Below, in pieces: positions 42,031 to 58,326 of a stretch of 64,000 bases of DNA. The position numbers were made by a program, and so were the translations under genes. Source of the DNA: the human T2T-CHM13v2.0 reference genome, Homo sapiens; the NCBI RefSeq assembly GCF_009914755.1, contig NC_060944.1; one strand, given 5' to 3'. The notes below the pieces were generated by a model, which saw only the letters and a list, made by a program, of their open reading frames with translations, ran no database searches and was not told the origin of the DNA. Positions within the stretch are counted from its first letter, which is position 1; every line of letters begins with the position of its first letter.

Positions 42031-43763
42031 TACTATGTGGGAGTGATTTTATAATGCCAGGTTAGTTACAAATATACACACTAAAGTTATTTCTTTCTTC
42101 CTTCCCTCCCTCCCTCTCTTCCTCCCTCCCTCCCTCCTTTCCTTCTCATTTATTTATTTTGGGTCTCACTCTATCACCCAGGGTGGAGTTCAGTAGTGCG
42201 ATCATGACTCAACACAGCCTCAACCTTCTGGGCTCCAGTGATCCTCTCACCTCAGCCTCTTGAGTAACTGGGACTACAGGCATGCATCACCACATCTGGC
42301 TAATTAAAAAAATTTTTTTTTGTACAGACAGATGGGGTCTCCCTATGTTTCCCATACTGATCTCAAACTCCTGGGCTCAGGGGATCCTCCTTCAGCCACC
42401 CAAAGTGCTGGGATTATAGGCATGAGCCATTGTGCTGGGCTGATTAAATTTTTTTAGAAATAGGGTCTCACTTTCTTGCCCAGGCTGGAGTGCAGTGGTG
42501 TTGTGATCATAGCTCACTGCAGCCTCAAACTCTTGGGCTCAAGTGATCCCCCAACTCCAACCTCTTAAGTAGCTAGGACTACAGGCCTGGCTAATTTTTA
42601 AAACTTTTTGTAGAGACGGAGTCTTCCTATGCTGCCCAGGCTGGTCTTGAACTCCTGGCCTCCTGCCTTGGCCTCTGAAAGCACTGGGATTACAGGTATG
42701 GGCCACTGCGCCCAGCCTTACACACTAAAATTTTCTAGTAGTTCTTGATTATATGGTGGTCATCTGGTATCTCAACGTTCTTCATGTCATTGCCCACTTG
42801 TAACCCATTTGTGGTACCTCAGCTGGGAAGCTCTGGTAAAGAGGGTCCAGATTACAGAAAAGCACAATATAATATTCTTCATCCCTCATGGAGACCTTGT
42901 GGACCAGCAGCTCTGTGTTCACCAACACGCAGTGGTCCGTGGACTGCTCTTGGCAAACATTCATTTAGGGCTCAGCAGCCCATCCATAAGATCCTCCTGG
43001 CCCCTCAAACGGAGTTGTTGTTTCCTCTATCCCCTTGAATTTCCTTGTCCTCTTTTTTGCCTGCTTTCCTCTGTACTATGCTGATTTACTCCTATTACAT
43101 CTTCTCTCAGAAACTCTCCCCAGCTTCACTGCCTCTTTGATCAGCTGGAAAATGCCTACTCATCTTTCAGAATGGAGATCAAGTGTCTCCTCTTCCCCAG
43201 GGTTGTCTTGGGCCCTCCTCTCACTCGATCCCCTTCCTCTCCCTCTCCCCTTTTGCACCTCTGTATCTTACTCTACCTTAAGGAGTCCTCTGTTGTTGCA
43301 CCTGGTATACTTTATTACAATTATTTGTACCTATAGACATACTTAGATACTTTTATTCCCCCAGACTATACTGTAGTAAGTAAGAGACAGATGCCTCTAG
43401 CAGTGCCTGTTGTCTCCTGGGGAAGCAGGCCATAAACACAAACAAATGAAATAATGACAGATTAGGGTAAATGCTATGAAGGAAACATATAGGAAACTGA
43501 CACAGACTGGAAAGAAATGGGGGCTACTTGAGATAGTGTAGTCAGAGATTCTGAGGCTATGGGAGGATAAGGATGTTGCCTGGGAAGAGTGGGCAGGGAT
43601 TGTTGTTTCAGGTAACGGGAGCATACTCGGTATGGGAAGGTGTGTGGTGTGTTTGAGGAATTGAAAGTCTACTGTGTGTTGTAACGTAGGGCCTGTCATC
43701 CTCTGCCAGTTGCTGTGATCATGCATCTTAATAGATTTGGTTCTGGCCAGATGTGGTGGCTCA

Positions 43764-44075
<312 letters not shown>

Positions 44076-44817
44076 CTAATATACTTCCTGGCCCAGAGCA
44101 GGTACTCAGAAAATGTTTGTGGAATTATGGTTCAATGAATTTTTCTTCTGCTGATTTCTGTTCATTCTCCTTGTCCTTTTCCATTTGACATTGGCTATAC
44201 TGGTCTTCTGTGGCTTCTTGGTTGGCTTAGTGACCAGTTATCTGACTTGCTTAAATTAAGCTTATTACGGTAACCTTATTTATTATGAATTTTTGCTTAT
44301 CTGTCCTTTCCAGGTTGAATTTTAGATGAGAGTTTTTGATGCTTTTTGGCCTTTGGAAAACAGTTTTGTGACTAATTTTGTCATGGTGACCACCATGTGC
44401 ATATATCCCCTCCAAATTAAGAGTTCCCATACTGGGGTATGTTTGTCCTCTTGACATCTACAACATGAATATCACTGGTTTATTTTGATGATTCATCTTG
44501 GTTTGTTTATATATTTCTATTGCTGTTTTGTGGCTCCAGATCTTTTTAAAAATTACATCTGGTGAACCTTTATTGAATGTCTAATATATGCAGGATACCC
44601 TGGGGGAGATTCAGACTCTTGATCTCTGAAGGTTTGATCCAAAGGCTAAGTCTTCTCTGAACCCTTTCCCAACCCTCTAGTTAGAAAAAATGGGACTCTG
44701 ATGAAAAAGTTTAATGTGGGCTTTAGAATGAAGGGTTAAAAAAAATAAAAAATAGACCAGGCACAGCGGTTCATGCCTGTAATCCCAGCACTTTGGGAGG
44801 CTGAGGCGGGCAGATCA

Positions 44818-45174
<357 letters not shown>

Positions 45175-46524
45175 CTAGTCCTGGTTATGGGATATAGGCA
45201 GGCTGGTTCATTCTACAGCTATGGTTTTTTTTTTTTTTTTTTTTTTGAGACGGAGTTTCGCTCTTGTTTCCCAGTCTGGAGTGCAGTGGTGCGATCTCGG
45301 CTCACCACAACCTCCACCTCCCAGATAAAGCAATTCTCCTGCCTCAGCCTCTCGAGTAGCTGGGATTATAGGCATGCGCCAGCACACCCAGCTAATTTTG
45401 TATTTTTAGTAGAGACGGGGTTTCTCCATGTTGGTCAGACTGGTCTCGAACTCCCAACCGTGGGTGATCCGCCCGCCTCAGCCTCCCAAAGTGCTGGGAT
45501 TACAGGTGTGAGCCACTGCGCCCAGCCAGCTATGCTTCTTTTTCTCTCCTTTCTTCCTGAGATCCAGAGTGTTCCTGATCTTTTTGCTTGTGGAGAGGAG
45601 TGGGAAATCTCATGGAGCTCACCAAACTTCTCTTTGGGCTCTTGCCACCCTAGGGGCTCTGATGATTGGTCATCTATTCTGTGTCTCCAGGACCTAGCAG
45701 TTTGTTTGTCTCATAATACAAACTCAGGAATGTTTGTTGAATAATGAAGTTCATAGGGCATAGTTCCTGCCCTGTAAAGTGCTTAGCAGCCTTGTGTTTA
45801 TATTAGCCATTTAAAAATCTTGTTTGTGACTTGAGTTTGAAACATTTTTGTTGACTCTTGAACTCTTTCTTCTGAGGAAAACTATTGATTTTTGAACATT
45901 TAAGTTGTACCTGATTATCATTTCAAACTCTCTTATCAGTTTAGGAAAAATTGACTCAAGAAGAGGTAGGAGGCCGGGTGTGGTGGCTCATGCCTGTAAT
46001 CCCAGCACTTTGGGAGGCTGAGGCGGGCGGATCACGAGGTCAAGAGATTGAGACCATCCTGGCCAACATGCTGAAACCCCGTCTCTATTAAAAATATAAA
46101 AATTAGCTGGGTGTGGTGGCGGGCGCCTGTAGTCCTAGCTACTCAGGAGGCTGAGGCAGGAGAATCGCTTAAACCTGGGAGTCAGAGGTTGCAGTGAGCT
46201 GAGAACACGCCACTGCACTCCAGTCTGGGCGACAGAGCGAGATGCCATCTCAAAAAAAAAGAAGAGGTAGGAAACTTGATCAGACTAGTAACCATAGAAG
46301 TGATGGGAAAGGTAGATAAAGAACTACCTTCTGAGAAGGCCCTCAGAGTAGGTGGTTTCATAGAAAATGAAATAAAGCATTTTAGTTTGTTGTATGAGAT
46401 TATCATAGCCTAATACTGAAACTGGGCAGGAAGGGCATAATACAAGAACACTTGGACAGATCTCATTTATAAGAGGTACAATTCTTGTCAATAAAATCCT
46501 GGAACACCAAGTAGAGACTTATTA

Positions 46525-46899
<375 letters not shown>

Positions 46900-47540
46900 T
46901 CATCTCAAAAAAACAAATAAAATAAGATAAAATAAAAGAGAAAACTTTTATAATCTTCTTGACAAAGGCTGAAAATTCTAAAAATTTATTATTACCTGTT
47001 TTTTAGATGGGGGTCTCACTCTGTCCCCAGAGTAGAGTGCAGTGGCACAATTATAGTTCACTGCAGCTTTGAACTCTTTGGCTCAAGTGATCTTCCTGCC
47101 TCAGTCTTCTGAGTAGCTGGGACAACAGGCACACACCACTACTCATAGCAAATTTTTTTTTTAACTTTTTTTTTTTAGAGATGGGGTCTTGCTGTCTTGT
47201 TCAGGCTGGTCTCAAACTCCTGGCTTCAAAGTGATACTCTCATCTTGGCCTCCCAAAGTGCTGGGATTATAGACATGAGCCACTATGCCCAGCCAATATT
47301 CTTATTTTCCTCTTCTATAACACAAAAGGTATCATAAGATATGCACTATTCTGTAGCTTGTTTTTTAAAAACTTAATGTGTCATGGAAGTCTTTCTGTAT
47401 CAGTTCATAGAGTGTGTCTTCATTCTTTCTTGTGGCTACATAATATGCCATTTTGTGGGTGTGCCATAGCAGCACATAAACATAATATTCATGAAGCTAT
47501 CGGTTGATATCTTTAAAAAAGTTTTTTAAACTTTTAATTT

Positions 47541-47841
<301 letters not shown>

Positions 47842-48546
47842 TTAATTTAAAAGTATTTATTTTTTGGCTGGGTGCAGTGGCTCACACCTGTAATCCTAGC
47901 ACTTTCAGAGGCCAAGGCCAGCGATCGCTTGAGCCCAGGAATTTGAGACCAGCCTGAGCAACATGGCAAAACCCCGTTTCTACAAAAAATACCAAAAAAG
48001 TATCTTAGCCGAGCATGGTGGCGTGAGCCTGTAGTCCCAGCTACTCAGGAGGCTGAGGTGGATCACCTGAGCCTGGTAGGTTGAGGCTGCAGTGAGTGGA
48101 GATTGCACCACTGTACCCCATCCTGGGTGACACAGTAAGACCCTGTCTCAAAAACAAAACAAGAAACAAAAACAAAAACAAAAAAAACACAAAACCCCAA
48201 AAAGTACTTATTTTTTACTTATACAAGTAATATTTAACTAAATTTTTAAAAAAATTCACACTAAAGCAAAAATCTCTTGGTTATTCCTAATCCCTATCTC
48301 CTCCTAAGAGCTAATTTTTGTTATTAGTTTGATTATCTGCCCCTTTCTGGCCAGTATTCCCGCTGGTTGGAAATGTAACTCCCAGCTGCAATGTTAGTTT
48401 GGAAACTAGAGTCTCATCAGTGGCTCTTAGTTACACAGGGAAGCTAGAAATTCTCTCTTCCTTTTCTGCCTGTACAAATTCCATTCACATCTCTTTTGTT
48501 AACTCTGTCTCATCATCTTCAGCCTGCTTTATGGTTGTCCATATAT

Positions 48547-48626
48547 TTAGGTTGAACCAGATAAAATTGCTATTTTGGTAGGTAAAAAGCAGTTGATTAT
48601 CAGCAATTAAATGTGGTTCAACCTAA
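48547..48626. mobile_element. MADE2-like 80-bp Tc1/mariner MITE
   Basis: Perfect 13-bp TIRs ttaggttgaacca / tggttcaacctaa, 80 bp total, TA after the right end. Confidence 0.85.
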
Positions 48627-50148
48627 TAGTTTTAAAGCCTAATCCATTTATGTGTCTAGTTCTCCTCAAGGGCAGGGGCCAGAACACATGTTTGTATAAT
48701 CCCTTCCAAGACTTAGAATTGGCTGGTCAGATCAAAAGCACTTAATAAATTCCTGTTGACTGATGAAGCTAAGCTGTCGCCAAGGCAGGCAGAGTTGTGA
48801 TCCACTAAATCTTACCAGGTTGATCTCTAAGATGGTTTTTGCAGCCTCCCTCTTCTCTGAAATGTAATTGGGTCCCCACCGCCGTAAGTGACTTGCATCT
48901 TTGTCACACTTTAGGGAAGTGGGGAGGACCACTTAATCTTTGGAAAATTTTGCGCCTTGGCTACTATTGAGCCTCTTGGAGGGGTTTGTTTAGGTCTGCA
49001 GAGAGTTGGATATGTGTGCCCAATAAAGTTTTTTTTGAATGAGGGAGAAGCTTTACATTAGCTGAGGACGTAAAGACCCTTCAGAGTGAGTGGAGTTGCT
49101 GGCCTAGGAGTTCACACTTGATTCTATGAATCCTGACTTCCGACCAGTGCATATCCAAAAGAATTTAAGGTTTTCCCTGAGGTTGCCAACTTTTAATTTT
49201 GCCAAATAAGGACATTTAAAATAAGTATGTAATTATGTACTTTTAATAGTTAATATGTGCTCATGGTACAGCATTCAAAATGTCCAAAAGGATATACAGC
49301 AAATAAAATGAGTCTCATGCTTCCTCTCCAGTTGCTTAAAACTATCCAGTTCCCCTTCCGGGAGGCAAACCGGGTTACTTGATCCTCCTTCCCGAGGTAG
49401 CCCACGCATTTAAAAACAGGTATGACTGTACTGGCTCTCTCCCTTCCCCCACATAAATGGTAGTGCATTCAAATACTGTTTGACATCTTTGAGTTTACCT
49501 CCCACATTTCTTAGAAATCTTTTAAAATCAATACATTAAAAAAATAAAGTAAAATCAATACATAGAGCTGCCTTATTCTTTTTGAAGGCTGTGTGATATT
49601 AGGAAGGGTATTAAAAACAGTTGTTATCGTTTTAACTTAGAAGGTATATTTAAATACTAAAAGTTAGAAAGAATGCGATTTCAAGCGGGACGTGGTGGTT
49701 CATGCCTGTAATCTCAGCACTTTGGGAGGCTGACGCAGGAGGATACTTGAGCCCAGGTGTTCAAGACCAGCCTGGGCAACATAGTGAGACTCCACCTCTA
49801 CAAAAAAAAAAACCCAATAAATTAGCTGGGCATGGTGGTATGAGCCTGTAGTCCCAGCTACTCTGGTGGCTGACGTGGGAGGATCACTTGAGGTCAGGAG
49901 TTCAAAGCTGTAGTGTGCCATGGTGGTGCCACTGCACTCCAGCCTGGGAAACAGAGCGAGACCCTGTCTCAAAAAAAAAAAAAAAAAGTGATTTCCGTGT
50001 AAAGAAAATTTCCTGCCTTAGTCCAAGGACCCTGTGTGAGAAAGCTGTTGCTAGAGATAGTAAACCATTAAAGAAAGTGGTTTGAAGCCAGGAGCAGTGG
50101 CTCACACCTGTAGTACCAGCACTTTGGGAGGCCGAGGGGGGCGGATCA

Positions 50149-50432
<284 letters not shown>

Positions 50433-51619
50433 TTAGAGAGGTTTACTAGCCTCAGGTAGGCTGAATGAATGAGAGGGTAAGAGATATATAATTGCCATAT
50501 TGATGTCCTTCTCCCCATTTTACAGAGAGGAGTGGATTTAGGGAATCCTCTCTTGTCTCCTACAATTGTACTATTTCATTTGTCAGATCAGACAATTAGC
50601 CAGTCTGTTGTCAAGATATCTTGTATTTATAGCAGCTGTCATTTGGATTGGAGTAGGAAGACTAGTTTCAGGGCTGTTTATGTCTTTTGTTAATATTTTT
50701 GAGCAAGTAAGGTATGCATAGTAGCAATTAGGAATTATGGAAAACATACCCTTCCAGTCCTCTGTGAGGAATACACACATGAAGTGATGGGGGCCTGAAC
50801 TTGAGGAGTGAAATTGGAATAGGTTGCTGGAGTCTGAGAATGTTGGAATTTAAAAACTGACAGAATACATGACCTTTGGGAAGAATAAGAGGAGTGGAAT
50901 TCATTTGCTAAACATTTATTGAGTACCTAGTATGTGCAAAGTACTGCAATAAGTTAATGCCAAGCAAACTGCCTTAGAGGGTGCTAGTGTGGGTTGAAAA
51001 GTACACAGTATACAGACACAAGAAAGCAGGCCTGTTCATTTAGGTAGGTAGCATGTGTTTATTAGGACAGCACTGTACTAGGTGCTGGATATAAGAAAGG
51101 AAGGAAGTGGTACAAACCAGGTTGCAGGGAGAAAATACAGATAGAATGTAAACTTTTTCAGTCTAGAATAGCTATTTGATTAATACAAGTGTTTTCAGAG
51201 AAAAACTGCATACAATATTTTTCTTTATTTTTAACCGTTTATTTTTTGGAATGAGCAATACCTTTATATAGTTGAAATAAAAAGGTATTATAAGGTATAC
51301 TGCAAAAAGTCTCCCTCCTATTTTTGCCCCTTCCCACCTCTTATCCAGATACCTCTCTTGTGTCAGGAATAAATGCTGGAAACAGAAACCAGCCCGAGTA
51401 TTTTAACCACAAAAGGATTTAACGTGGGGAATTGGGTACTTTTAAAGTTGTTGGAAGGGCTGGAAGAGTGGGACTCAAGGAGGCTGCCCTTAGGGTATCA
51501 TCTTGAAAGGCCCACAATCGTAGCTGTGATCTGGTCAGGAAGTCACTACTGGCACTGCCATCTGCACCACTGCTGCTTGACATGCATGAAACTGATGATT
51601 AGACATTAGGCTCTGGCTT

Positions 51620-51770
51620 ATTGCAGACCAGCAGCAGCAGCAGCAGCAGCAACATCTGGGAGCTTGTGAGAGCTCTTAGGCCCCAGCTTGGCATACTGAA
51701 TCAGAATCTTCATTTCAACAGGATACCTTGATGATTTACATGTGTGTGGAAGCTTGATAGGCCTTGTACT
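51620..51770. mobile_element. MER5-type hAT-Charlie DNA transposon relic containing (CAG)7
   Basis: cagaccagcagc...tgggagcttgt...tactgaatcagaatct..catttcaacagga resembles MER5A/B. CAG x7 at 51629-51649. Confidence 0.65.
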
Positions 51771-53549
51771 GGACCTGGCCACTAACCCAAGGGTCTTTAT
51801 GACCTTGGCCACCAATTGTAAGGAAGTCAGGGAAATGTAGTTGTTGATTTTCCTAACTCTCAGTCTAGAAAGAAGGTTGAATGGAGGTTGAAAGAAACCA
51901 TCTACTGAACTGACCACACTTTTCCACAAGTAACCTTTGTTGTTTCTTGGGCATCCTTCCAGATACTTTATGCATATATAAGCATATGTGAATACATATC
52001 CTTTTTTCTCCTCTTTAAAAAGTAAGTCAGGTGTGGTAGCTCATGCCTGTAATTCCAGCATTTGGGGAGGCTGAGCCAGGATCTGCTATCCTGGGCAGAT
52101 AGCTTGAGCCCAGGAGTTTGAGACCAGCCTGGGCAACGTAACAGAACTCCATCTCTACAAAAAATACAAAAATTAGCACTGTATGGTGGTGTGTGCCTGT
52201 AGTCTCAACTACTTGGGAGGCTGAGGCTGGAGGGACACGAGCTGGGGAGAGGGAGGTTGCAGTGAGCCGAGATCACGCCACTGTACTTCGGCCTGGGTGA
52301 CAGAGTGAGACCCTGTCTCAATCAATCAATCAATCAATCAAAATAAAACGAAACAATAGCTTAGCATATACAGTGTTCTGAATCATATAACTGTATATCT
52401 TAGAAGAGCTTTCCATATCTTGACAGATAAAATCATCTTGTTCTTTTTAATAACCGCGTAGTATAAGGCTGGGCACGGTGGCTCATGCCTGTAATGCTAG
52501 CACTTTGGGAGGCTGAGGTGGGCGGATCATGAGGTCAAGAGATCGAGACCATCCTGGCCAACATGGTGAAATCCCGTTTCTACTAAAAATACAAAAATTA
52601 GCTGGGTGTGGTGGCACGTACCTGTAGTCCCAGATACTCAGGAAGCTGAGGCAGGAGAATCACTTGAATCAGGGAGGTGGAGGTTGCAGAGAGCTGAGAT
52701 CGCGCCACTGCCCTCCAGCATAGCGACAGAGCGAGACCCTGTCTCAAAAAAACAAACAAACAACAACCAAAAAAACTGCACAGTATTCCATTATATTGCT
52801 TATAAATGCTTAAAATTGAGACTGTCTGATACAGTCTGGGTTGCATGGTCATTCTGATTTATTGGCACATGTAAAATCTAATCTAGTTGTTAAATCCTTA
52901 ATGTTTTCTTCCTGCCTCTTGTGTGCTCAAGTCTTCTGTGTATGTCATCTTGTTTAATCCACACTACAACCCAGTGTGCTTCTTCCACTTTACATGAGGG
53001 AACTCAGGCTCTGAAAGTTTAATTTAATGGTTCATAAACTGGCCGGGCACAGTGGTTCACCCTTGTAATCTCAGCACTCTGGGAGGTTGAGGCGGGCAGA
53101 TCACCTAAGGTCGGGAGTTCGAGACCAGCCTGGCCAACATGGCGAAACCCCATCTCTACTAAAAATACAAAAATTAGCTGGGCATGGTGGCGGGCGCTGT
53201 AATCCCCGCTACTCGGGAGGCTGAGGCAGGGAGAATTGCTTGAACCCAGGAGGTTGCGGTGAGCCAAGATCACACCACTGCACTCCAGCCTGGGTGACAG
53301 AGCGAGACTCTGTCTCAAAAATAAAATAAAATAAAATAGTTCATAAACTAAGGAATATGCAGGTTAGGATTTGGACCTCAAGTCTGTTACCCTCCATAAT
53401 TTGTGATTTGACCCAACTACACAGAGTCTCTAAACGGTAGGCCTGGTAACCTTCTCCTTTGGGAAGAGGTTTGGAAATGTACCATTATGGATATTTGGAT
53501 ATTTGGGGTGGGTATTAAAGGAATGCCAATTTTTTTTTTTCTGACTCAG

Positions 53550-53721
53550 GTATCCAGCTCACATAGAAGACATTGACTACGAGGAAGGAAAAGTACTCAT
53601 CCATTTCAAGCGTTGGAACCATCGTTATGATGAGTGGTTCTGCTGGGACAGTCCTTATTTACGCCCTTTAGAGAAAATACAGCTGAGGAAAGAGGGCTTG
53701 CATGAAGAGGATGGATCTTCT
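53550..53721 (+). CDS. PHF20: PHF20 coding exon ([58 protein letters not shown]), Tudor 1 core
   Basis: Poly-T tract plus ctgactcAG acceptor. 172 nt open frame with the Tudor-like motif HFxxWxxxYDEW. Donor TCT|GTGAGT. Confidence 0.96.
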
Positions 53722-53858
53722 GTGAGTAACAAATCTGGGAAGTTCTGTAGTATGCAAGGTCAGCCATTGGGCTGTTTGTGTTTCAATCTTTGATGTTAGT
53801 AGCAGCTGGAGACCAGTTCTTATTTAGGCCTATAGTTGTAACCCTGAGATCTCTATGA

Positions 53859-54131
<273 letters not shown>

Positions 54132-54333
54132 TAACTTCTAGAACACTGCCTGGCACATTGTAGATCTTCTGATCTTTTGTTAAGCTGTCTGGTCTTTTGT
54201 TAAGTGATCATTCTGGCCAGGCGTGGTGGCTCACACCTGTAATCCCAGCACTTTGGGAGGCGGAGACAGGCAAATCACAAGATCGGGAGTTTGAGACCAG
54301 CCTGGCCAACATGGTGAAACCCCACCTCTACTA

Positions 54334-54725
<392 letters not shown>

Positions 54726-54997
54726 TAAATTTTTTTATAGAGACAGTGTCTCGTATTGTTGCCCAGGCTGGTCTTGAACTCCGGGCTCAAGTGATCCTCC
54801 CGCCTTGGTCTCCCACAGTGCTAGGATTATAGGTGTAAGCTCGTCCTGCAGAGTCTTTTATAAGCCCTTAAAGAACTTGGAATTGATTGGACTGTATTCC
54901 ATTTTTCTAAATTTTATCTCTATGCCTGGAGCTTTTACTGACTTCAAAATGCAGTATGAAGTATTAGTTTTAAGGTTTTTTTGTTTTGTTTTGTTTT

Positions 54998-55259
<262 letters not shown>

Positions 55260-55519
55260 TAGTACAGATGGGGTTTCACTGTGTTAGCCATGATGGTCTC
55301 GATTTCCTGACCTCGTGATCCGCCTGCCTCGGCCTCTCAAAGTCCTGGCATTACAGGTGTGAGCCACCGCGCCCAGCCGGTTTTTTTTTTTTGTTTTTTT
55401 TTTTTTTTGATAATGTTGTCCAGCTTTATTTTTGCTTTCTTGCCAAAGATTTGTCAAGCTCCTCACTCTGTCATTATAAAATTCCCACCCTGAGAATCTC
55501 CCATTTTTCTTCACCATCA

Positions 55520-55520
<1 letters not shown>

Positions 55521-55568
<48 letters not shown>
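55521..55568. repeat. (CA)24 microsatellite
   Basis: Read directly from the sequence. Confidence 0.95.
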
Positions 55569-55570
<2 letters not shown>

Positions 55571-56204
55571 CTGAAACAATAAAATATAAAGTTCATCCTA
55601 AGAAGAAGATATCGAGTCCAAAGAGGGTTATCAACTTTAGAAAAGAAGCAAAGAAATCATAAAATAATGATATTTTAAGATTACAGATTAAGCCCTAATT
55701 TAGAATATTTTTAGAAATTTTATCATATTAAAACAAGGGTGAAGGCACTATAGACTCTTGTTTTTTAACTAACTTTATTTAAATTAGCTATACCCATTTT
55801 AAGTGTATGATTTCATAAGTTTTGTGTAATAAGCTTAAATTTAATAAGCATTTAAATTTGTGATATAAAAATCACCCATTTTAAACTGTATAGTTTAATA
55901 AGTTTTGCAAATTTATATTGTCAGATAGCCACTGCCATATGATACACAATATTTTCATTATGACAAAAAGAAGCTCTCCCTCAAATTGCTTTTCATTCAG
56001 TCTTCACCAGCCAGTCCTGGACCAGTTCTGGACCCTGGCTTGCCACTGATCTATCTATTTTCTGTTTATAGTCCTATTTTTGTTTGGTTTTTCATTTGAA
56101 ATAAAATCATACTGTATGTAACATTTCGGGTCTGACTTACTTCAATTAGCATATCTTTTGAAGCTTCATTTATGGTGTTTTTTTTTTCTGTTCCTGTAAT
56201 AACA

Positions 56205-56340
56205 GTTTGTTTTATTTTTTTAATTTTATTTATTAATTTTTTTATTATACTTTAAGTTCTAGGGTACATGTGCACAATGTGCAGGTTTGTTACATATGTA
56301 TACGTGTGCCATGTTGGTGTGCTGCACCCATTAACTCATC
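56205..56340 (-). mobile_element. 5'-truncated young-type L1PA 3' end (~100 bp plus tail)
   Basis: ttattatactttaagttctagggtacatgtgcacaatgtgcaggtttgttacatatgtatac is the canonical primate L1PA terminus. Confidence 0.9.
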
Positions 56341-57136
56341 TTTTTTTGTTTTTTTTTAAAGAGACGTTTTCTTGCTCTGTCGCCCAGTCTGAAGTGCAGT
56401 GGTGCAGTCTTGGCTTAATGTAGCCTTGACCTCTTGGGCTCAAGCAATCCTCCTTCCTCAGCCTCCTGAGTACCTGGGACTATAGGCATGTACCACTGTG
56501 CCTGACTAATTAAAAAATTTTTTTTGTAGAGACAAGGTCTTATTATGTTGCCCAGGCTGGTCTTGAACTCCTGGCCTTAAGGGATCTTTCTGCCAAAGAA
56601 GGAAGATCCTTCGTACCTCCCAAAGTCCTGGGATTATAGGCGTGTGCCCTTGTGCCTGGCTAGTTTTAAGGTTTTTAAACAGGCATTGAGACATCTATAA
56701 TGGTCCTGCTGCTTTTGGATCTGACTCAGACTCAGCCCTGCCTTCTATTTTTCTTTCTTTTTTTTTTTTTTTTTGAGGCAGTCTTACTGTATGGCCGAGG
56801 CTGGAGTGCAGTGGCATGATCTTGACTCACTGCAACCTGTCTTTCGGGTTCAAGTGATTCTCGAGTCTTAGCTTTCTGAGTAGCTTGGACTACAGACGCA
56901 TCCAACCACACCTGGCTAATGTTTGTATTTTTAGTAGAGGTGGGAGTTCATCATGTTGGCCAGACTCCTGGCCTCAGGTGATCCACCTTCCCCAGCCTCC
57001 CAAAGTGCTGGGATTACAGGCACGAGCCACTGTGTCCGGCTTATTTTCTGTTTTAACCCTATTAGGGAACTTGAACTATTGCTGGCCTTTTTTTTCTTTT
57101 TCCCAATTAAGGATTATTCAGTATTGTTCCATTTGA

Positions 57137-57367
<231 letters not shown>

Positions 57368-57754
57368 TGATCTCAGGTGATCTGCCCACCTTGACCTCCC
57401 AGAGTGCTGGGATTACAGGTGTGAGCCACTGCACCTGGCCCATTGTACAAAATTTATCAGTGCAAACTGTGTGCTGGGAAAAGAGTATAAAATATTAAAG
57501 GTGAATGGTTGCTTTCCCTGGCAAAAGACCCTTTAGAAGTGTAGATGGCATTAAATGCTGCTTCCCTGAGTATGAAGTAGCCTCATATCTTCTGACTCCT
57601 ATACTGGATGTGTATTCTAGTAGTCCTGGCCTCTTAGACTCATTTTCAGAATGTATGCTGGTTAGGGTGGAATTATCATCAGTGCTGTTCTGTGCCTGCC
57701 CAGACCTCTTGGGCTTATTGAGGTCTTGTGTCCCAGCCCTTTTGTTTTGACTCC

Positions 57755-58161
57755 TGTCTTAGTCTTTTCTGTGTTGCTATAATAGAATACCTGAGACTAG
57801 GTAATTTATAAAGAAAAGAGGTTTGTTTAGCTCACAATTCTGCAGGCTGGGAAGTTCAAGTGCATGGTACTGGCTTCTGGCATCAGCTTTCATGCTGTGT
57901 CATACATGGTGGAAGGTCAAAAAGGGAGACAAGTGTGAAGAGAGGGACCAAACAGAAGGAGACTTGCTTTGTAACAACTTGCTTTCTTGGGAATGAATCC
58001 ATTCCCAGGAGAGCGAGAAGTCACTCCTGTGAGACAGCATTAATCTATTCATGAGGGATCTGCTACCATGACCCAAACACCTCTCATAGGCCCCATTTTC
58101 AACACTGCTGCACTGAAAACGTTTACTTTTGGTGAGGACAAATGACACCGAAATTATAGCA
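57755..58161 (-). mobile_element. Complete MaLR (MST-type) solo LTR
   Basis: TG...CA termini (tgtcttagtc ... ttatagca). Perfect 5-bp TSD ACTCC at 57750-57754 and 58162-58166. MST-like internal sequence. Confidence 0.88.
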
Positions 58162-58326
58162 ACTCCTAGTGTTGAACAACAGAAATATCTTCCTCCATCT
58201 CAACAGCTACTTTCCCTTCACACTTTCTTATCAATCCCAGCTTCTTTTATGAGATCTGGTATGTCCTGTATGTCCTGTGAAATTAGGTTGGTAACAGGAT
58301 CTTTTTTTTTTTTTTATGTTTTTTAG

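Noticed and set aside
53550-53557. GTATCCAG as a U12-type 5' splice site
   Set aside because: It is exonic, encodes W-Y-P, and lacks the TT/TY at +7/+8. The flanking introns look U2-type.
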